From an uncultured Acidimicrobiia bacterium (GTDB taxonomy: Bacteria > Acidobacteriota > Terriglobia > Versatilivoradales > Versatilivoraceae), in the NCBI GenBank assembly GCA_963786955.1, contig CAWBAT010000004.1, positions 1-64,000 on the forward strand: DNA of 64,000 bases, read 5' to 3'. The notes below the pieces were generated by a model. That model worked only from the letters and a program-made list of their open reading frames with translations. It did no database searches and was not told where the DNA came from. Of the stretch, positions 11,334-21,595 are shown in pieces (positions within the stretch are counted from its first letter, which is position 1; each line of letters starts with the position of its first letter). A program made the position numbers and the translations under genes.

Positions 11334-11510
11334 GTTTCTCGTCCTTTCGATTGAATTAGTTTCCATTTAACAGTTTGCAAAATACCACGGAGCAGACCCC
11401 TGTACATGATTGAATCTTTTTCAGATTCCAAATACCAGGCCATCCCCATAATTCGCAACGGCATTCAAGCGCGAGCGGAGACATCTCAGTTAAGGAGACC
11501 AATCGTGCCT

Positions 11511-11623
11511 TGGAAGCCACAATGAATTCGCATTTCAATTCATCGTGGGCTTGTGTGTTCGGCCTGGAAAAGCTTACGGCGAGCGACAGCGGTCGCGCAG
11601 AAAAGCGCTCGCCGAGGCTACCA
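11511..11623. repeat. Palindromic repeat family B, copy 2, followed by a TGTAGCCGG...CCGGCTACA REP (11631-11685)
   Basis: Direct repeat of 10490-10585. Confidence 0.75.
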
Positions 11624-11699
11624 AAGCTGCTGTAGCCGGCCTCGGTGAGGCCGGCCCCTATCCGGGGCCAGCGGCCCCGGCTACAAATCTCAATGCGTG

Positions 11700-12335
11700 C
11701 TACTCTTGTCCCGGAGTGCTCTTCTGCCCGTAAGCGCTGACTAAGAGTGCCACCGTAATCGCAACGTAGAGAACCCCCGTGACCCCTTCCAGCGCCGCCA
11801 AGATGCGGACCTCACTGTAGAGCGGGACAATATCGCCGTAACCGATCGTCGAGAGCGTGATCAGGCTGAAGTACAACAATTCGCTTTGACGGTCGATCAC
11901 CAGAGAGCTGCTGCGCAAGAAACTGCCAGGATAGAAGGCCTCAATGGCAGTGTAAAGGGCAAACCATAGCATTCCAAGCAATAGGTAAATGCTGACAGCC
12001 GTATAGAGGTGTGCATTGAGAACGGAGTGAGCATTCTTGAGATAGGAGAAGAGAGCGATAACGCTAACTCCGAAGAACAGAGTCAGCATCCCCCATTGTA
12101 TTCCTATAAGTGGTGGATTGGGAAATAGAGTACTGGCCACCGCAAAGATGAAGGCACCGGACATCAGCAAGACCGACGGCCATACCCAGACTTTTATCTG
12201 CGACATTCTGACGGTCGCCACGATCACAGGTACAAAAAACAATACTCCGAGGATCATTCTTCGCAGCTCACCGTGATCCAGCAGCGGATACAGACGATGA
12301 CAATCAGCAGAGAGAACAGAAGAAACAAATCCCAT
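11700..12335 (-). CDS. Potassium channel family protein (Ion_trans_2 pore); N-terminus probably frameshifted (start ~12354)
   Basis: LLYFSLITLSTIGYGDIVP contains the TxGYG selectivity filter. Confidence 0.85.
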   Translation of the reverse strand: MGFVSSVLSADCHRLYPLLDHGELRRMILGVLFFVPVIVATVRMSQIKVWVWPSVLLMSGAFIFAVASTLFPNPPLIGIQWGMLTLFFGVSVIALFSYLKNAHSVLNAHLYTAVSIYLLLGMLWFALYTAIEAFYPGSFLRSSSLVIDRQSELLYFSLITLSTIGYGDIVPLYSEVRILAALEGVTGVLYVAITVALLVSAYGQKSTPGQE

Positions 12336-12624
12336 CGTGTTTGCGCTTGTCCATGCATTTTAATATTCATCATTCCTGTCCCCTTCATCGCTGCAATGTC
12401 GGACTTATCTCGAATTTTGAAGTTACTTTAAGGTCACCAGGCAGTAAAGTGGAGCCGCGGAGCTCCACTCTCCAAATTAGATGCCTCTTCTGGAGGGTCG
12501 AACTCCTGCCAGACCGTAGATGTAGGCTTCGACCGCGATACCGTCCACATCAACAACAGACGATTTAATTGCCGCCTGGCGGACATCCCCAACGAGGCGT
12601 CACAGGGCAGGGGTTCAGACACAT

Positions 12625-13563
12625 TTACGGCGTGTGAAACTTCGGCCAGCCTATCCATGAATACTGCCAGGCTACAGAGACACTTTGATAGTTGCCCCCA
12701 AAACGCACGTAGGTTCCGGTGCTGTAGCTAAACTTAATGGTCTGGTGTTTCGCCAGCGGAAGTGCCACGGTTCCTCCGATGCGCGAACTTGTCTGCCGAG
12801 TTTCAAGATTGGAAACGCCGTTTAAGCTGGTGATGCCGCCGAACCAGAAATTTCCGTCGAGTGAAGCCCAACAACGAAGCTTGTTGAAGTCGTAACTTAA
12901 ATGACCCTCCAAGGAGCCGATAGGACTTTCGGTTTGGGGCTGGGGATTGGGAACTGAGTAGAAAGCATTGTTACTCGTGTAGAACCAAACCCCTCCGTAG
13001 CCATCGAGCACCCAATGTCCCCAGCGCTTCGAATAGCCTAATTCCGGTTTGAACGCCCATCGATTGATACCCCAGTTGATGAGGTGCATCGGGTCGTATT
13101 GACCAGTCGGAGCGATTACGACAAGACTGGCGCCGAGCAAAGCCTTTTGCTTCCACTTAGCGAATTGTTGTGTCTTCATCGCCGGTCCGCCCATCAGGTT
13201 CACGGAGAAACGCAGACCGATGTCAAGGAATCCGGAACGGTAAATCTGACGCTGACTACCTAGGACCTCGCCCTGGAACGTACCCACACCATAAGGCAAC
13301 AAGCCCACGAAGTTTGCCGAGCGCCCAAACAAACTGAACGAATGATAGTAACTGAGGATCGGTACATGGTAGGTGCCGGTGGCGCCCGCGACGGGAATCG
13401 CCCCGTTAAAGTTCAGGCCACCGTCAAAATAAGACCAAGAGAGGGTAATGGCATTGGCGTTCACCGGCGTGATGACATAGGCACGAGGGGCCAGAGTCTG
13501 CGCCATCGCCACGTGCCCAATACACAGCGCGGTACAAAGAAAAATAAGCCTGTGGGCATTCAT
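12625..13563 (-). CDS. Outer-membrane 'transporter' beta-barrel (MetA-pathway phenol degradation-like)
   Basis: Signal peptide; APTGQYDP...INWGINRWAFKPELG motif; C-terminal VAWQYSW. Confidence 0.75.
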   Translation of the reverse strand: MNAHRLIFLCTALCIGHVAMAQTLAPRAYVITPVNANAITLSWSYFDGGLNFNGAIPVAGATGTYHVPILSYYHSFSLFGRSANFVGLLPYGVGTFQGEVLGSQRQIYRSGFLDIGLRFSVNLMGGPAMKTQQFAKWKQKALLGASLVVIAPTGQYDPMHLINWGINRWAFKPELGYSKRWGHWVLDGYGGVWFYTSNNAFYSVPNPQPQTESPIGSLEGHLSYDFNKLRCWASLDGNFWFGGITSLNGVSNLETRQTSSRIGGTVALPLAKHQTIKFSYSTGTYVRFGGNYQSVSVAWQYSWIGWPKFHTP

Positions 13564-13620
13564 GATTTGTGGCCCGTTCTAACGATGCGCACTCAATAAT
13601 TGGTCGTCGAACCATCTGGG

Positions 13621-14412
13621 CTACGGCTTGAAGTTGCTGAAGGGACCGCCGACCCGGTCATACGTGTTGCCGAAGTTGTCCTGCGTGATGTGCGCGGTGC
13701 CGGTCTTGTCCGGGGTGAGGATCAGGTCCTGCTCGAGCACCACCGACCGGAACTTCCAGCCCGCCGGAAGCTTCAGGCGGCTGCCGAGGTTGGCGATCTC
13801 GGCGAAGTTCTGATCCGGGAAGGTGATGAGGCTGAAGGACTTCATGCACCACGAGTTGCCCTCCGGGTCGTCCAGCAAGGATATCCGCGTGCCCTTGTTG
13901 AAGCCGAACTTGGTATGGCGCGTGACGGTGATGTTCTTGTAGTCAGCCGCACCGGGTTCCGTGCTGATGCCCTTGAGGTCCAGCCAGTTCACCCAGCGTG
14001 CCTTCATGCCGCCGAAGTCCAGTTCCTTGCCCATCTCGACCTCGATCCAGTCCAGCGTCCAGAGGCGGGGGCCGTTCTTGAACACGGCAAGCATGTGGAA
14101 CTTCTCCGCCATCACCTTGACGTTGATCTTGTCGAGCAGCGCCGCGGGTGCAGAGTCGCGGGTGGTGTCGCTGCCATTCAGACCCCAGGTGTTGTAGACG
14201 TTCGCCTCCAGATTTTTGGTGATCGCATTGCCGCCGATGAGAAACATCTCGGTGTAGCGGCCCCCGTACGTACCCTTGAACGTGTTCGGCATCGCGTTGG
14301 CGCCGTCAGGCGGCAGGGTCACGACCAGCCTGGGGTACACCACGAACGCGATGACGACGATGAGGGCGGCGACGATGCCGAGCGCCCATTTGATATTCTT
14401 GCTCATTTTCAT
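13621..14412 (-). CDS. Uncharacterised membrane-anchored periplasmic protein (paralog of 14744-15556)
   Basis: N-terminal TM segment. NVYNT, NGPRLWTLD, LKLPAGWKFR and TQDNFGNTY are shared with the neighbour. Confidence 0.75.
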   Translation of the reverse strand: MKMSKNIKWALGIVAALIVVIAFVVYPRLVVTLPPDGANAMPNTFKGTYGGRYTEMFLIGGNAITKNLEANVYNTWGLNGSDTTRDSAPAALLDKINVKVMAEKFHMLAVFKNGPRLWTLDWIEVEMGKELDFGGMKARWVNWLDLKGISTEPGAADYKNITVTRHTKFGFNKGTRISLLDDPEGNSWCMKSFSLITFPDQNFAEIANLGSRLKLPAGWKFRSVVLEQDLILTPDKTGTAHITQDNFGNTYDRVGGPFSNFKP

Positions 14413-14510
14413 GGTTCTCTCCTTTTTGATTGTTGGTAAAAGCCCGAGGAATTCCGGGCCACTGATTAATGCTACGATCTAGAGTTAAGCTCCATAAATT
14501 GGCGCGTATT

Positions 14511-14585
14511 GCTGTAGCCGGGATCGTTGATCCCGGCCCCCTGGGACCACGGCCCCGGCTACAACTCTCAGCGAGGCCAGCTACA
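14511..14585. repeat. GTAG-type REP cluster (TGTAGCCGG...CCGGCTACA)
   Basis: Same family at 11631-11685, ~39580-39628 and ~44331-44375. Confidence 0.7.
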
Positions 14586-14594
14586 ACTGCAGAC

Positions 14595-14732
14595 TTATTG
14601 CGCCTTCCTCAACGGCGGCAGCTTGTAGGTGCCGTCGAGCACTGTTTCAGTCGGCCAGTAGTCGCGCACCGTCAGGTTGAACGGTCCGCTCGCCGGCGAT
14701 GGCAGCCAGTTGGCCGCTTTCTCCGCGCCCAC
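14595..14732 (-). pseudogene. Orphan 3' end of a DUF1214 gene
   Basis: Encodes ANWLPSPASGPFNLTVRDYWPTETVLDGTYKLPP, nearly identical to the C-terminus of 15740-17201. Confidence 0.8.
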
Positions 14733-14743
14733 AGAGTTTGCGT

Positions 14744-15556
14744 CTACGGCGTGTAGTTGCAGGTGTCGTCGTAGCCGCACCCCTGATACGTGTTCCAGAA
14801 CTCGTCCTGCGTCACCCACGCATAGTAAGGCGGGGCCTTGGGCGCGATCATCAGGTCCTGGTCGAGCACCTTCACGCGGAACTTCCAGCCGGGCGGCAGG
14901 AGCTTGAAGTGGCTGCCGAGATCCTTGAGGTTCTCCGCCGTCTCGCCCTTGTTAAAGTGGTCTGTCCAGGATTGCATGACCAGGACCTTACCGTCAGGCA
15001 TGTCGAGCAGATAGACCGTGCTCTCCTTGTTGAACTTGAAGGCGCGGTGGGCAACGATATTGCCGGGGTGGTAGTGGCCCCCGCCGACCGCCTTCTGGGC
15101 GTCTTCCGCCCCAGCGACTCCCATCCATAATGCCTGGACGCCTTCGAAGTCGCGAATATTACCGACCTCGTAGGCCCAGATCTCGTTGAACGTCCAATGT
15201 CGCCTCGGGTTGAGCCAGACCTGGCGTGCCCCAGAGGCCTGCTTGATCCGCTCGCCCTTGTCCGCCAAGATCGGGTCGAACTTCTCCGGCGGGCAATCGC
15301 CCACGCTCGTCGTATTCCAGACGTTGAGCACTGCGTTCTCTTTCGACGTGCCGGTGATGAGCCCGATCTCGCAGAACGCGTAGTTGTTCATGTCGGCAAC
15401 GTGCATCTCCTTGCCTGGGACGACGTATTCCTTCTTGGACTTAGCCATGTTGTCCTGGAGGCTGGCGCACCTGGTGAGGAAAAGAACGCTCGAAACAGCG
15501 GCCAGCAGCGTAAACTTCTGAACTTTCTGTTCAGCGTATTTCATATGACTCTCCAT
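14744..15556 (-). CDS. Uncharacterised putative lipoprotein (paralog of 13621-14412)
   Basis: Hydrophobic stretch ending LTRC. NVWNT, NPRRHWTFN, LLPPGWKFR and TQDEFWNTY. Confidence 0.75.
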   Translation of the reverse strand: MESHMKYAEQKVQKFTLLAAVSSVLFLTRCASLQDNMAKSKKEYVVPGKEMHVADMNNYAFCEIGLITGTSKENAVLNVWNTTSVGDCPPEKFDPILADKGERIKQASGARQVWLNPRRHWTFNEIWAYEVGNIRDFEGVQALWMGVAGAEDAQKAVGGGHYHPGNIVAHRAFKFNKESTVYLLDMPDGKVLVMQSWTDHFNKGETAENLKDLGSHFKLLPPGWKFRVKVLDQDLMIAPKAPPYYAWVTQDEFWNTYQGCGYDDTCNYTP

Positions 15557-15739
15557 TCATGTTGACGATGGTCCGAACTATTCGTGTCCCTTGTTATAAA
15601 CGCTTACTAGAGCTAAGTTGCATAAATTCACGCCTATTGATGTGTCCGGAGTCGATGGCCCCGGACCTCGGCCGGCCTCAGCGAGGTCAGCGACAACACG
15701 AACTTCTGCAATTGGGTATTACTCAATCCAACCGCAAAC

Positions 15740-17201
15740 TCATTGCACCCTCCTCACCGGCGGAAGCTTATAGGTGCCGTCGAGCACCGCTTCCGTTGGC
15801 CAGTAGTCACGCACCGTCAGGTTGAACGGCCCGCTCGCTGGCGATGGCAGCCAGTTGGCCTCCTTGTCCGCGCCAGGCGAAGTCGCCTGAATGTAGAGAT
15901 CCAGCGAGCCGTCAGGGTTGTACTGGAGCGGCATCCACATAGCCAGGTTGTAGCGATTGATGGCATTCGGCACGTAATAGCCTTGCGGGTCGTACATCGA
16001 CACAGACCAGGTAGCATTGGTGGGCGGCGTCTGGCCCTTCTCGAAATGCAGGACATAGCGATTGCCACTGTCCAATGGCTTGTCGTCACCATCAAGGAAA
16101 GCCGTAGGGTAGACCACATCGTGCGGCCGGATTCCGCCAAGTCCGATCAGGGCGATGCCGGCGCGGGTGGTGTAGTCGGTGCCATAGTAGGCAAAATCCT
16201 TCGGTATCACGATCCAGCCGTTCTCGGTCTTCAGTTTCTTGACGGCCTTCTGCAGGATCTCGAACGTGCCCATCGCGCGCTGCAATCCCTGCGCGACGTT
16301 TGGATCGACTCTGGCAATGTCGAAATCCTGTCCGCGCTCAATGCCGATATCTTTCAACTTCTCGACCATCGGGACGTCAGCAGGCGCTGCGGGATTGTCC
16401 TTCATCAGCCGCGCGAGCCGGCCGAAGAAGGCCCCGGCGTCCATCTTCTGCACCTGCTCGAGCCGGCGGGGTCTTCGCGTCAACACCCGCAGCAACTGAC
16501 ACCTCAGCGGGAGGAGTGTAGGGCTGGCCCCAAGCGCTGAGAGGCGTGAGCTTATATTGCTTCTGCAGCGCGTTGACGACTGCGTATTCTTGCGGTCCGT
16601 TGGCCTGCATCTGCCCGTTGACCCAGACGAACCGGGTCGGGGAACGGAACGTCTGTTTGACATCGGCGGGCGCCGTGCCCTGCCAGCCAGGCCCAGCGAT
16701 CAGGAAGTTTGCCGCAACAGTTCCGGTGTTGCGCTTGCCGATTGACGCAAACACATTGCTCCACATGTCGAAGAGCGCGATGACGTAGTAGCGCCCGCTA
16801 GTGTCCGGCACAGAAAGCACGAGTGGTTCTTTGTCGAGATCCGCCCAGGCCGTTGCGAACAGTGTGTCGAGACCCGTTCTTGCCACCGCTCTGAACGAGG
16901 CATCCGGATATTTTGTCATGACCGCAAACTGGTTGATGGGGGCCGTGATCTCACCAGCGGTGGGCACCGCTGTCGCTGCCTCTTTGGTCAGATCCATCAC
17001 AATCATCGGGAACCCGTAGACGTAAACCTCGGTGCCAAAGAGCAACGGCCGGCCTTTCTTCGTGTACCAATAGCCACCGACAACGGCGATCAAAACCACG
17101 ACGATGAGGACGGCGCGGAGCCACCGCTTCTTGCGGCTTCCCTTGCTCGTGTCACTTGATGTCATTTTCGCTCGACTCCTTGTCTCTAAAGTCACTGCCA
17201 A
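15740..17201 (-). CDS. DUF1254/DUF1214 protein, frameshift near 16460
   Basis: YVYGFP, DTLF..AWADL..EPLVLSVPD and FLIAGPGWQG in ORF 16377..17201. WSVSMYD, NPDGSLDLYIQ and NWLP in ORF 15740..16663. Confidence 0.85.
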
Positions 17202-17344
17202 CGCTGCCGCGAACTATGTCCTATGCGCTCGACTGGCCGGTGCAACCCAAGGGGGCAGAGTCGGCGAGCGATGACGGCTTTCTTCGCGCGTCGTCCGTAA
17301 CTGCTAATGATTTTCATTCTTGAAGCCTCACAACCGATCGACCG

Positions 17345-18845
17345 TTACTTAGTGTATTCCACGTGCGCCTGCTCGATCTTCCCGTTGAACGGGAACGGCG
17401 CCTTGTCGTAGTACTCGAGCCCAACTGGTGAGCCGAGGTCGACACCGAAGTCGAGGGCGTCGTTGGCGGTAAACCCCAGCGGTGCACTGACGGGCACGAC
17501 GCCGGAGGCGACTTCCTTGCCGTTGACTTTCAGTACTACCTTGAGCGGGCCAGCCGGCTTGGGCTCGACATACGAAGTCTCAACTTCATCTTCACCTTGC
17601 CAGTGGGTAGTTTGTCCTTGGCCTTGATGTTGGTGCGCATGATCTCAAACAGATTGTATTCGTACGACAACGTGCCGTCCCTGACGTAGCAGGTGAGGCC
17701 GCCGGAGAACCCACCGAGCGCGTAGAGCACGCCGTTGGCATTGGCCGGGACATCGGCCTCAATGGTGACGACGTTGGGCTTGTTGCCCAGGGCAGGAGCG
17801 GCGAATTCAGGCATTCGCGTAATTGCGCCCGGGAATGTCCACGATGAGTAGGGCGGCGCCAGGCGCAGTTCGGGGTGAAGCGCGGGAACGAATCCCACGA
17901 AGCAAGCGTAGCCGGTCGTGGAGTCAACTGCGTATTTTGCGGAATCCAGCCCAGTTGCTTGGCGCGCTGGAAGGCGCGCTCCCGGTACTTGTCCCAGCCG
18001 TCGTCGAACTTGCCTTTGTATTTGTTCGCCCATTCCTTCGGCACCTGATGCGGGCCGTGCGAGGCGCCGCTGGCCCAATACATGAAGAACGGCTTGTCGG
18101 GGGCCAAGGCCTTGTGTTGTCGCAACCAAACGATCGCGTCGTCGGCAAGGTCCTCGCTCAGATGATAGTAATTGTGACCGCCGGAGGTGTGGGGATGTTC
18201 GGCGAAGGCCGTGTTGCGCACAAGACTCGGTTCGTACTGAGACGCTTCCCCGGCAAGGAAGCCATAGAAGTACTCGAAACCGTAGCCGGTGGGCCAATAG
18301 TCAAAGGGACCGGCCGCGGTGGTCTGTTCGGCGGGCGTGTTGTGCCACTTGCCCCACGCCCCAGTATGATAGCCGTAATCCTTGAGCACCTCGGCGACGG
18401 TGGCGCTGCTCTTCGGGATGGTGCCCATGTACCCGTCCCAGTCGTTCGCCAGTTCGGTGATCTGGCCGCTGGCCACGCGGTGGTGGTTGCGCCCGGTCAG
18501 CAGCGCCGCACGCGTGGGCGAACACATCGCGGTCGTGTGGAACCGATTGTAGGAAATGCCCTCCGTGGCAAGCTTGCTCAAGGTCGGCGTATGAATCTCG
18601 CCGCCGTAGGTATCTGCCTGAGCGGGGCCGACGTCGTCGATCAGCACGATGAGAATGTTCGGCGCATCCTTTGGCAGATGGTTTACGGGCGGCAGCGGAG
18701 TGTAAGTCGACTCCTGCATCGTCCGGCCGGCAACGCTGCCGGATGGTTTGGGCGGGAACGGCAGAATCTCTTGCGCCCCTGCCGGCAGCGCAAAGCTCGC
18801 GCCCAGTGCGAGGGTGAGCAACCAGTCGAACGGTTTCGGGATCAT
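17345..18845 (-). pseudogene. Arylsulfatase with apparent internal deletion and frameshifts
   Basis: PNILIVLIDDVG, formylglycine motif CSPTRAALLTGR and GKWH. After TPRPATLASWDS the sequence jumps to the C-terminal GVLYALGGFSGG domain and ends HVEYTK. Confidence 0.8.
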
Positions 18846-18916
18846 AGGGTGTCTCCTTTCGAGTATCAGTGAATCGGGGTGTGCATCCCAGTTCATTGAG
18901 ACCGATGACGTCCGCA

Positions 18917-20338
18917 TTACGGCACGCGTTTCACGGGTGGTGGAGTCCAGGTTCCATCCAGGATCGAAGGCGGGGTTCCCCTGGGCGAGTAGATCCGCAG
19001 TACCAAGTCGAATTTGCCCTTCGGGGCCGGCAGCCAGTTCGCCTCCTTGTCCTTGCCCGGCGATTCTGCCTGGAGATAAAGGTCCACGGAACCGTCCGGG
19101 TTGGTAATGAAATGGTTGCGCTGGCTCAGTTCGTACCGATCGATCGGGTTCGGCACGAAGAAGAAATCGGTATCGTACATGGTAAGCGACCAGAAGGCTT
19201 TGGCGGGCGGCAGTTGGCCTTTCTCGAAACGCATCGCGTACTTGTGCTCGGCGCCGTTGTATTCGTCGCCGTTCGCGTCCTTTTGCGAGAGCGGATACAC
19301 GGCGTCCTGTGGGCGGTTCCAGCCGGGTCCAAGAAGATTGGCCATGCCCCGCAACGGATAGTCGGTACCGAAGTTGCCGACACCCTGGGTGAAGTATAGC
19401 CACCCGTTGGTCGTCTTCTGCCTTTTCAAGAGCAGTCCCATTTCTACCAGCGCCAACTTGGGAACGGTCTTGATCGCCTCCTGATCCATGAACCCGAGCT
19501 TGCTTGGGTCAAAGTCCTGCCCTGGGACTAACCCGATCGTGGCCATCCGCGCAACCATGGGAGCATCCTGCACAGTCGGCGGGTTAGTCTTCATCAGTTT
19601 CGCGAGTTGGCTGAAATAGGTATTGATGTCAAAACCGTTTACCTGCTTGCGCACCGCTGTCTTCATGTCAAGACTAGGATCGACGATGCCGGGCGGCGGC
19701 GTGTAAGGCTTGCCGTAGGCACTGAGCGGAACGACCGAGAACTTGTCTTGCAGGGCATGCACTGCCTGGTAGTCTTCGGGGGTGCCGGTACTGTAAATGC
19801 GCCCGAGGATCCATACCATCCCGGTAGGTGACTTGGCTTGTGTCACGCCTTGCGGAAGTGTGCCCGACCAGCCTGGCCCGGTGATGGCGTACTTCTGGGG
19901 CTTGCCGCCATTTGTTCGCGAGCTCGCCACCTCGAAAACCTCCGACCAGCCATCCAACATCGGCATGATGTAGTACCGATCGCCCATGTCGGGGATGCTG
20001 AAGATCCATGGCTCGCCGGAAACATCGAGCCAGACCTCCGTGTACAGCGTATCGGCGTTGGGCGCGGCACAGCAGTGATTGTCGACGGCGGGATAGGTCC
20101 GCATCCTGATCACCTGGCCCATCGGGGCATGCTCGGCATCCGCCGTGGAGACGTTCGTCTGCTGCTTGCGGACCATGTCGAAGGTGACTAATGGATAGCC
20201 GTAGATATATGCGTCGATGGCAATGCGGGTCGCCTCCACGACGCGCGGCGACGGGGCCTCATCCTTGCGGTTCATAAGCGAGCAGGCAGTCATAGCCATA
20301 AGGCATAAACCTGCAACTGCGCGTATGATCGATCTCAT
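18917..20338 (-). CDS. DUF1254/DUF1214 lipoprotein, intact
   Basis: Lipobox-like MTAC; AYIYGYPLV, PNADTLY, FWSLTMYD and EANWLPAP. Confidence 0.9.
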   Translation of the reverse strand: MRSIIRAVAGLCLMAMTACSLMNRKDEAPSPRVVEATRIAIDAYIYGYPLVTFDMVRKQQTNVSTADAEHAPMGQVIRMRTYPAVDNHCCAAPNADTLYTEVWLDVSGEPWIFSIPDMGDRYYIMPMLDGWSEVFEVASSRTNGGKPQKYAITGPGWSGTLPQGVTQAKSPTGMVWILGRIYSTGTPEDYQAVHALQDKFSVVPLSAYGKPYTPPPGIVDPSLDMKTAVRKQVNGFDINTYFSQLAKLMKTNPPTVQDAPMVARMATIGLVPGQDFDPSKLGFMDQEAIKTVPKLALVEMGLLLKRQKTTNGWLYFTQGVGNFGTDYPLRGMANLLGPGWNRPQDAVYPLSQKDANGDEYNGAEHKYAMRFEKGQLPPAKAFWSLTMYDTDFFFVPNPIDRYELSQRNHFITNPDGSVDLYLQAESPGKDKEANWLPAPKGKFDLVLRIYSPRGTPPSILDGTWTPPPVKRVP

Positions 20339-20443
20339 AAGTGTCCTCCAGCAACGAAAAGTGTGTGTAGGTGTTTAGTGGCAAACGGGCTTTTCACCCG
20401 CGTTCCTCTTTGGGTCGTCTCTGATGCAACACCCGCAGGTTAG

Positions 20444-21022
20444 TTACCGAACGCCAACCCCGCGAGCACCGGCCCCTGCGCCGTGAAATCCGGCGCCAAC
20501 ACCGCCGCCCAAACCGATTGAATCAATGAACAACGCAGTTGCCCCACCGGTGTTGGGCATCGTGCCCTCGATCAGCTTGTAGCTGTAAACCATGTCATTC
20601 CCTTCAATGACCGGATGACTGATCTTGACCACGGTAAGCGTGTTTTCGGGGTGCCCCGGCTCATAGACCGATAGCGTGGCGTTGGGCGGATCGTTGCCGA
20701 AATTGTCCGGGCCTTCGTTTGCTTTCCATTCATCGAGATAGGCAGGCATCTTGAGATGCCCGGCGATACGCTTTGGGCGATCCGTGAAGTACAACGTCTG
20801 CGGGTTTACGTTCACTAGACGGAAGGTGCTTTGAGCAGAGTCTGTCTTCAGATCTTCCGCAATCTGCACGAACATGTACTGCGGCGCTCCCGAAGAGGGA
20901 GTTGAAGTGTTCGAGGTCGTTGACGTTTTCCCACACGCCGCCAGTGACAACAGTACAGCCGCGCAGAGAAACGCTGGGATTGCTTTGTTCAAGCTCATGT
21001 AGAATTCACGAATTGTTTTCAT
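20444..21022 (-). CDS. Uncharacterised lipoprotein
   Basis: Lipobox LAAC, Ser/Thr linker, LYFTDRP.RIAGH and DPPNATLS; Gly-rich tail. Confidence 0.75.
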   Translation of the reverse strand: MKTIREFYMSLNKAIPAFLCAAVLLSLAACGKTSTTSNTSTPSSGAPQYMFVQIAEDLKTDSAQSTFRLVNVNPQTLYFTDRPKRIAGHLKMPAYLDEWKANEGPDNFGNDPPNATLSVYEPGHPENTLTVVKISHPVIEGNDMVYSYKLIEGTMPNTGGATALFIDSIGLGGGVGAGFHGAGAGARGVGVR

Positions 21023-21106
21023 GATGTACTCTCCTTTCTTTACTCTTTTCATTGGCCATATGAATCCTTGTAATCCGTTAGTCACTGGGGAAATACTGGT
21101 AGGGCG

Positions 21107-21249
21107 TGCACGACGAATTCGCTTTGGATTCGGCCCGTGGGTTTGTCCCGACCAACTCAGCGGCCACCAAAAGCCGTGGGCTTTTACGGATCGAACGCAA
21201 AAGCCGACGACGCATAAAAAGCGAACTCACCGTGGCTTCCAAGGCACGA
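21107..21249. repeat. Palindromic repeat family B, copy 3 (inverted, more diverged)
   Basis: Reverse complement begins TCGTGCCTTGGAAGCCACG, as at 11503-11520. Confidence 0.65.
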
Positions 21250-21290
21250 ATACCTGCATCTGTGGCATTACGAATCCCTTTAAAACATTC

Positions 21291-21319
21291 TTGACATCTG
21301 ATGCGTAATATACTATCAT
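21291..21319 (+). promoter_or_regulatory. Sigma70-type promoter of vapBC
   Basis: TTGACA-17 bp-TATCAT, overlapped by inverted TGATG...CATCA (possible operator). Confidence 0.65.
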
Positions 21320-21329
21320 CAAAGCACTC

Positions 21330-21595
21330 ATGAGAACCACCGTAGATATTGATGACCCCATTCTGAAGGATCTGAAGAAGATCCAAGAAAAGGAAGGTAG
21401 ATCCCTCGGTCGGCTGATTTCTGACCTGCTGGCCCAGGCGCTTGGTGAACGCAAATCGCCAAAAGCTCCAGCCAGAGCCCGCTCGGTGGATTTCAAAAGC
21501 ACATGGGCGCCCGGATTGACATAGCAGATCGCGAGGCAGTATACGCCGCCATGGAGCAAGAACCACGACCAACCGAAGCTACCAAGAAAAGATGA
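21330..21595 (+). CDS. vapB: VapB-type antitoxin, frameshift near 21510
   Basis: MRTTVDIDDPIL...GRSLGRLISDLLAQAL ribbon-helix-helix pattern; lies directly before a PIN gene. Confidence 0.75.

Noticed and set aside
13600-18872. Long plus-strand ORFs (13600..14439, 15743..16540, 17823..18872; also 7456..8316)
   Set aside because: Antisense shadows of high-GC coding genes, with no motifs.
17592-19403. 603-aa ORF as a sulfatase with a novel N-terminal domain
   Set aside because: The first ~185 aa overlap the DUF1254/1214 gene out of frame. The real start is Met 18845, which has an RBS and a signal peptide.
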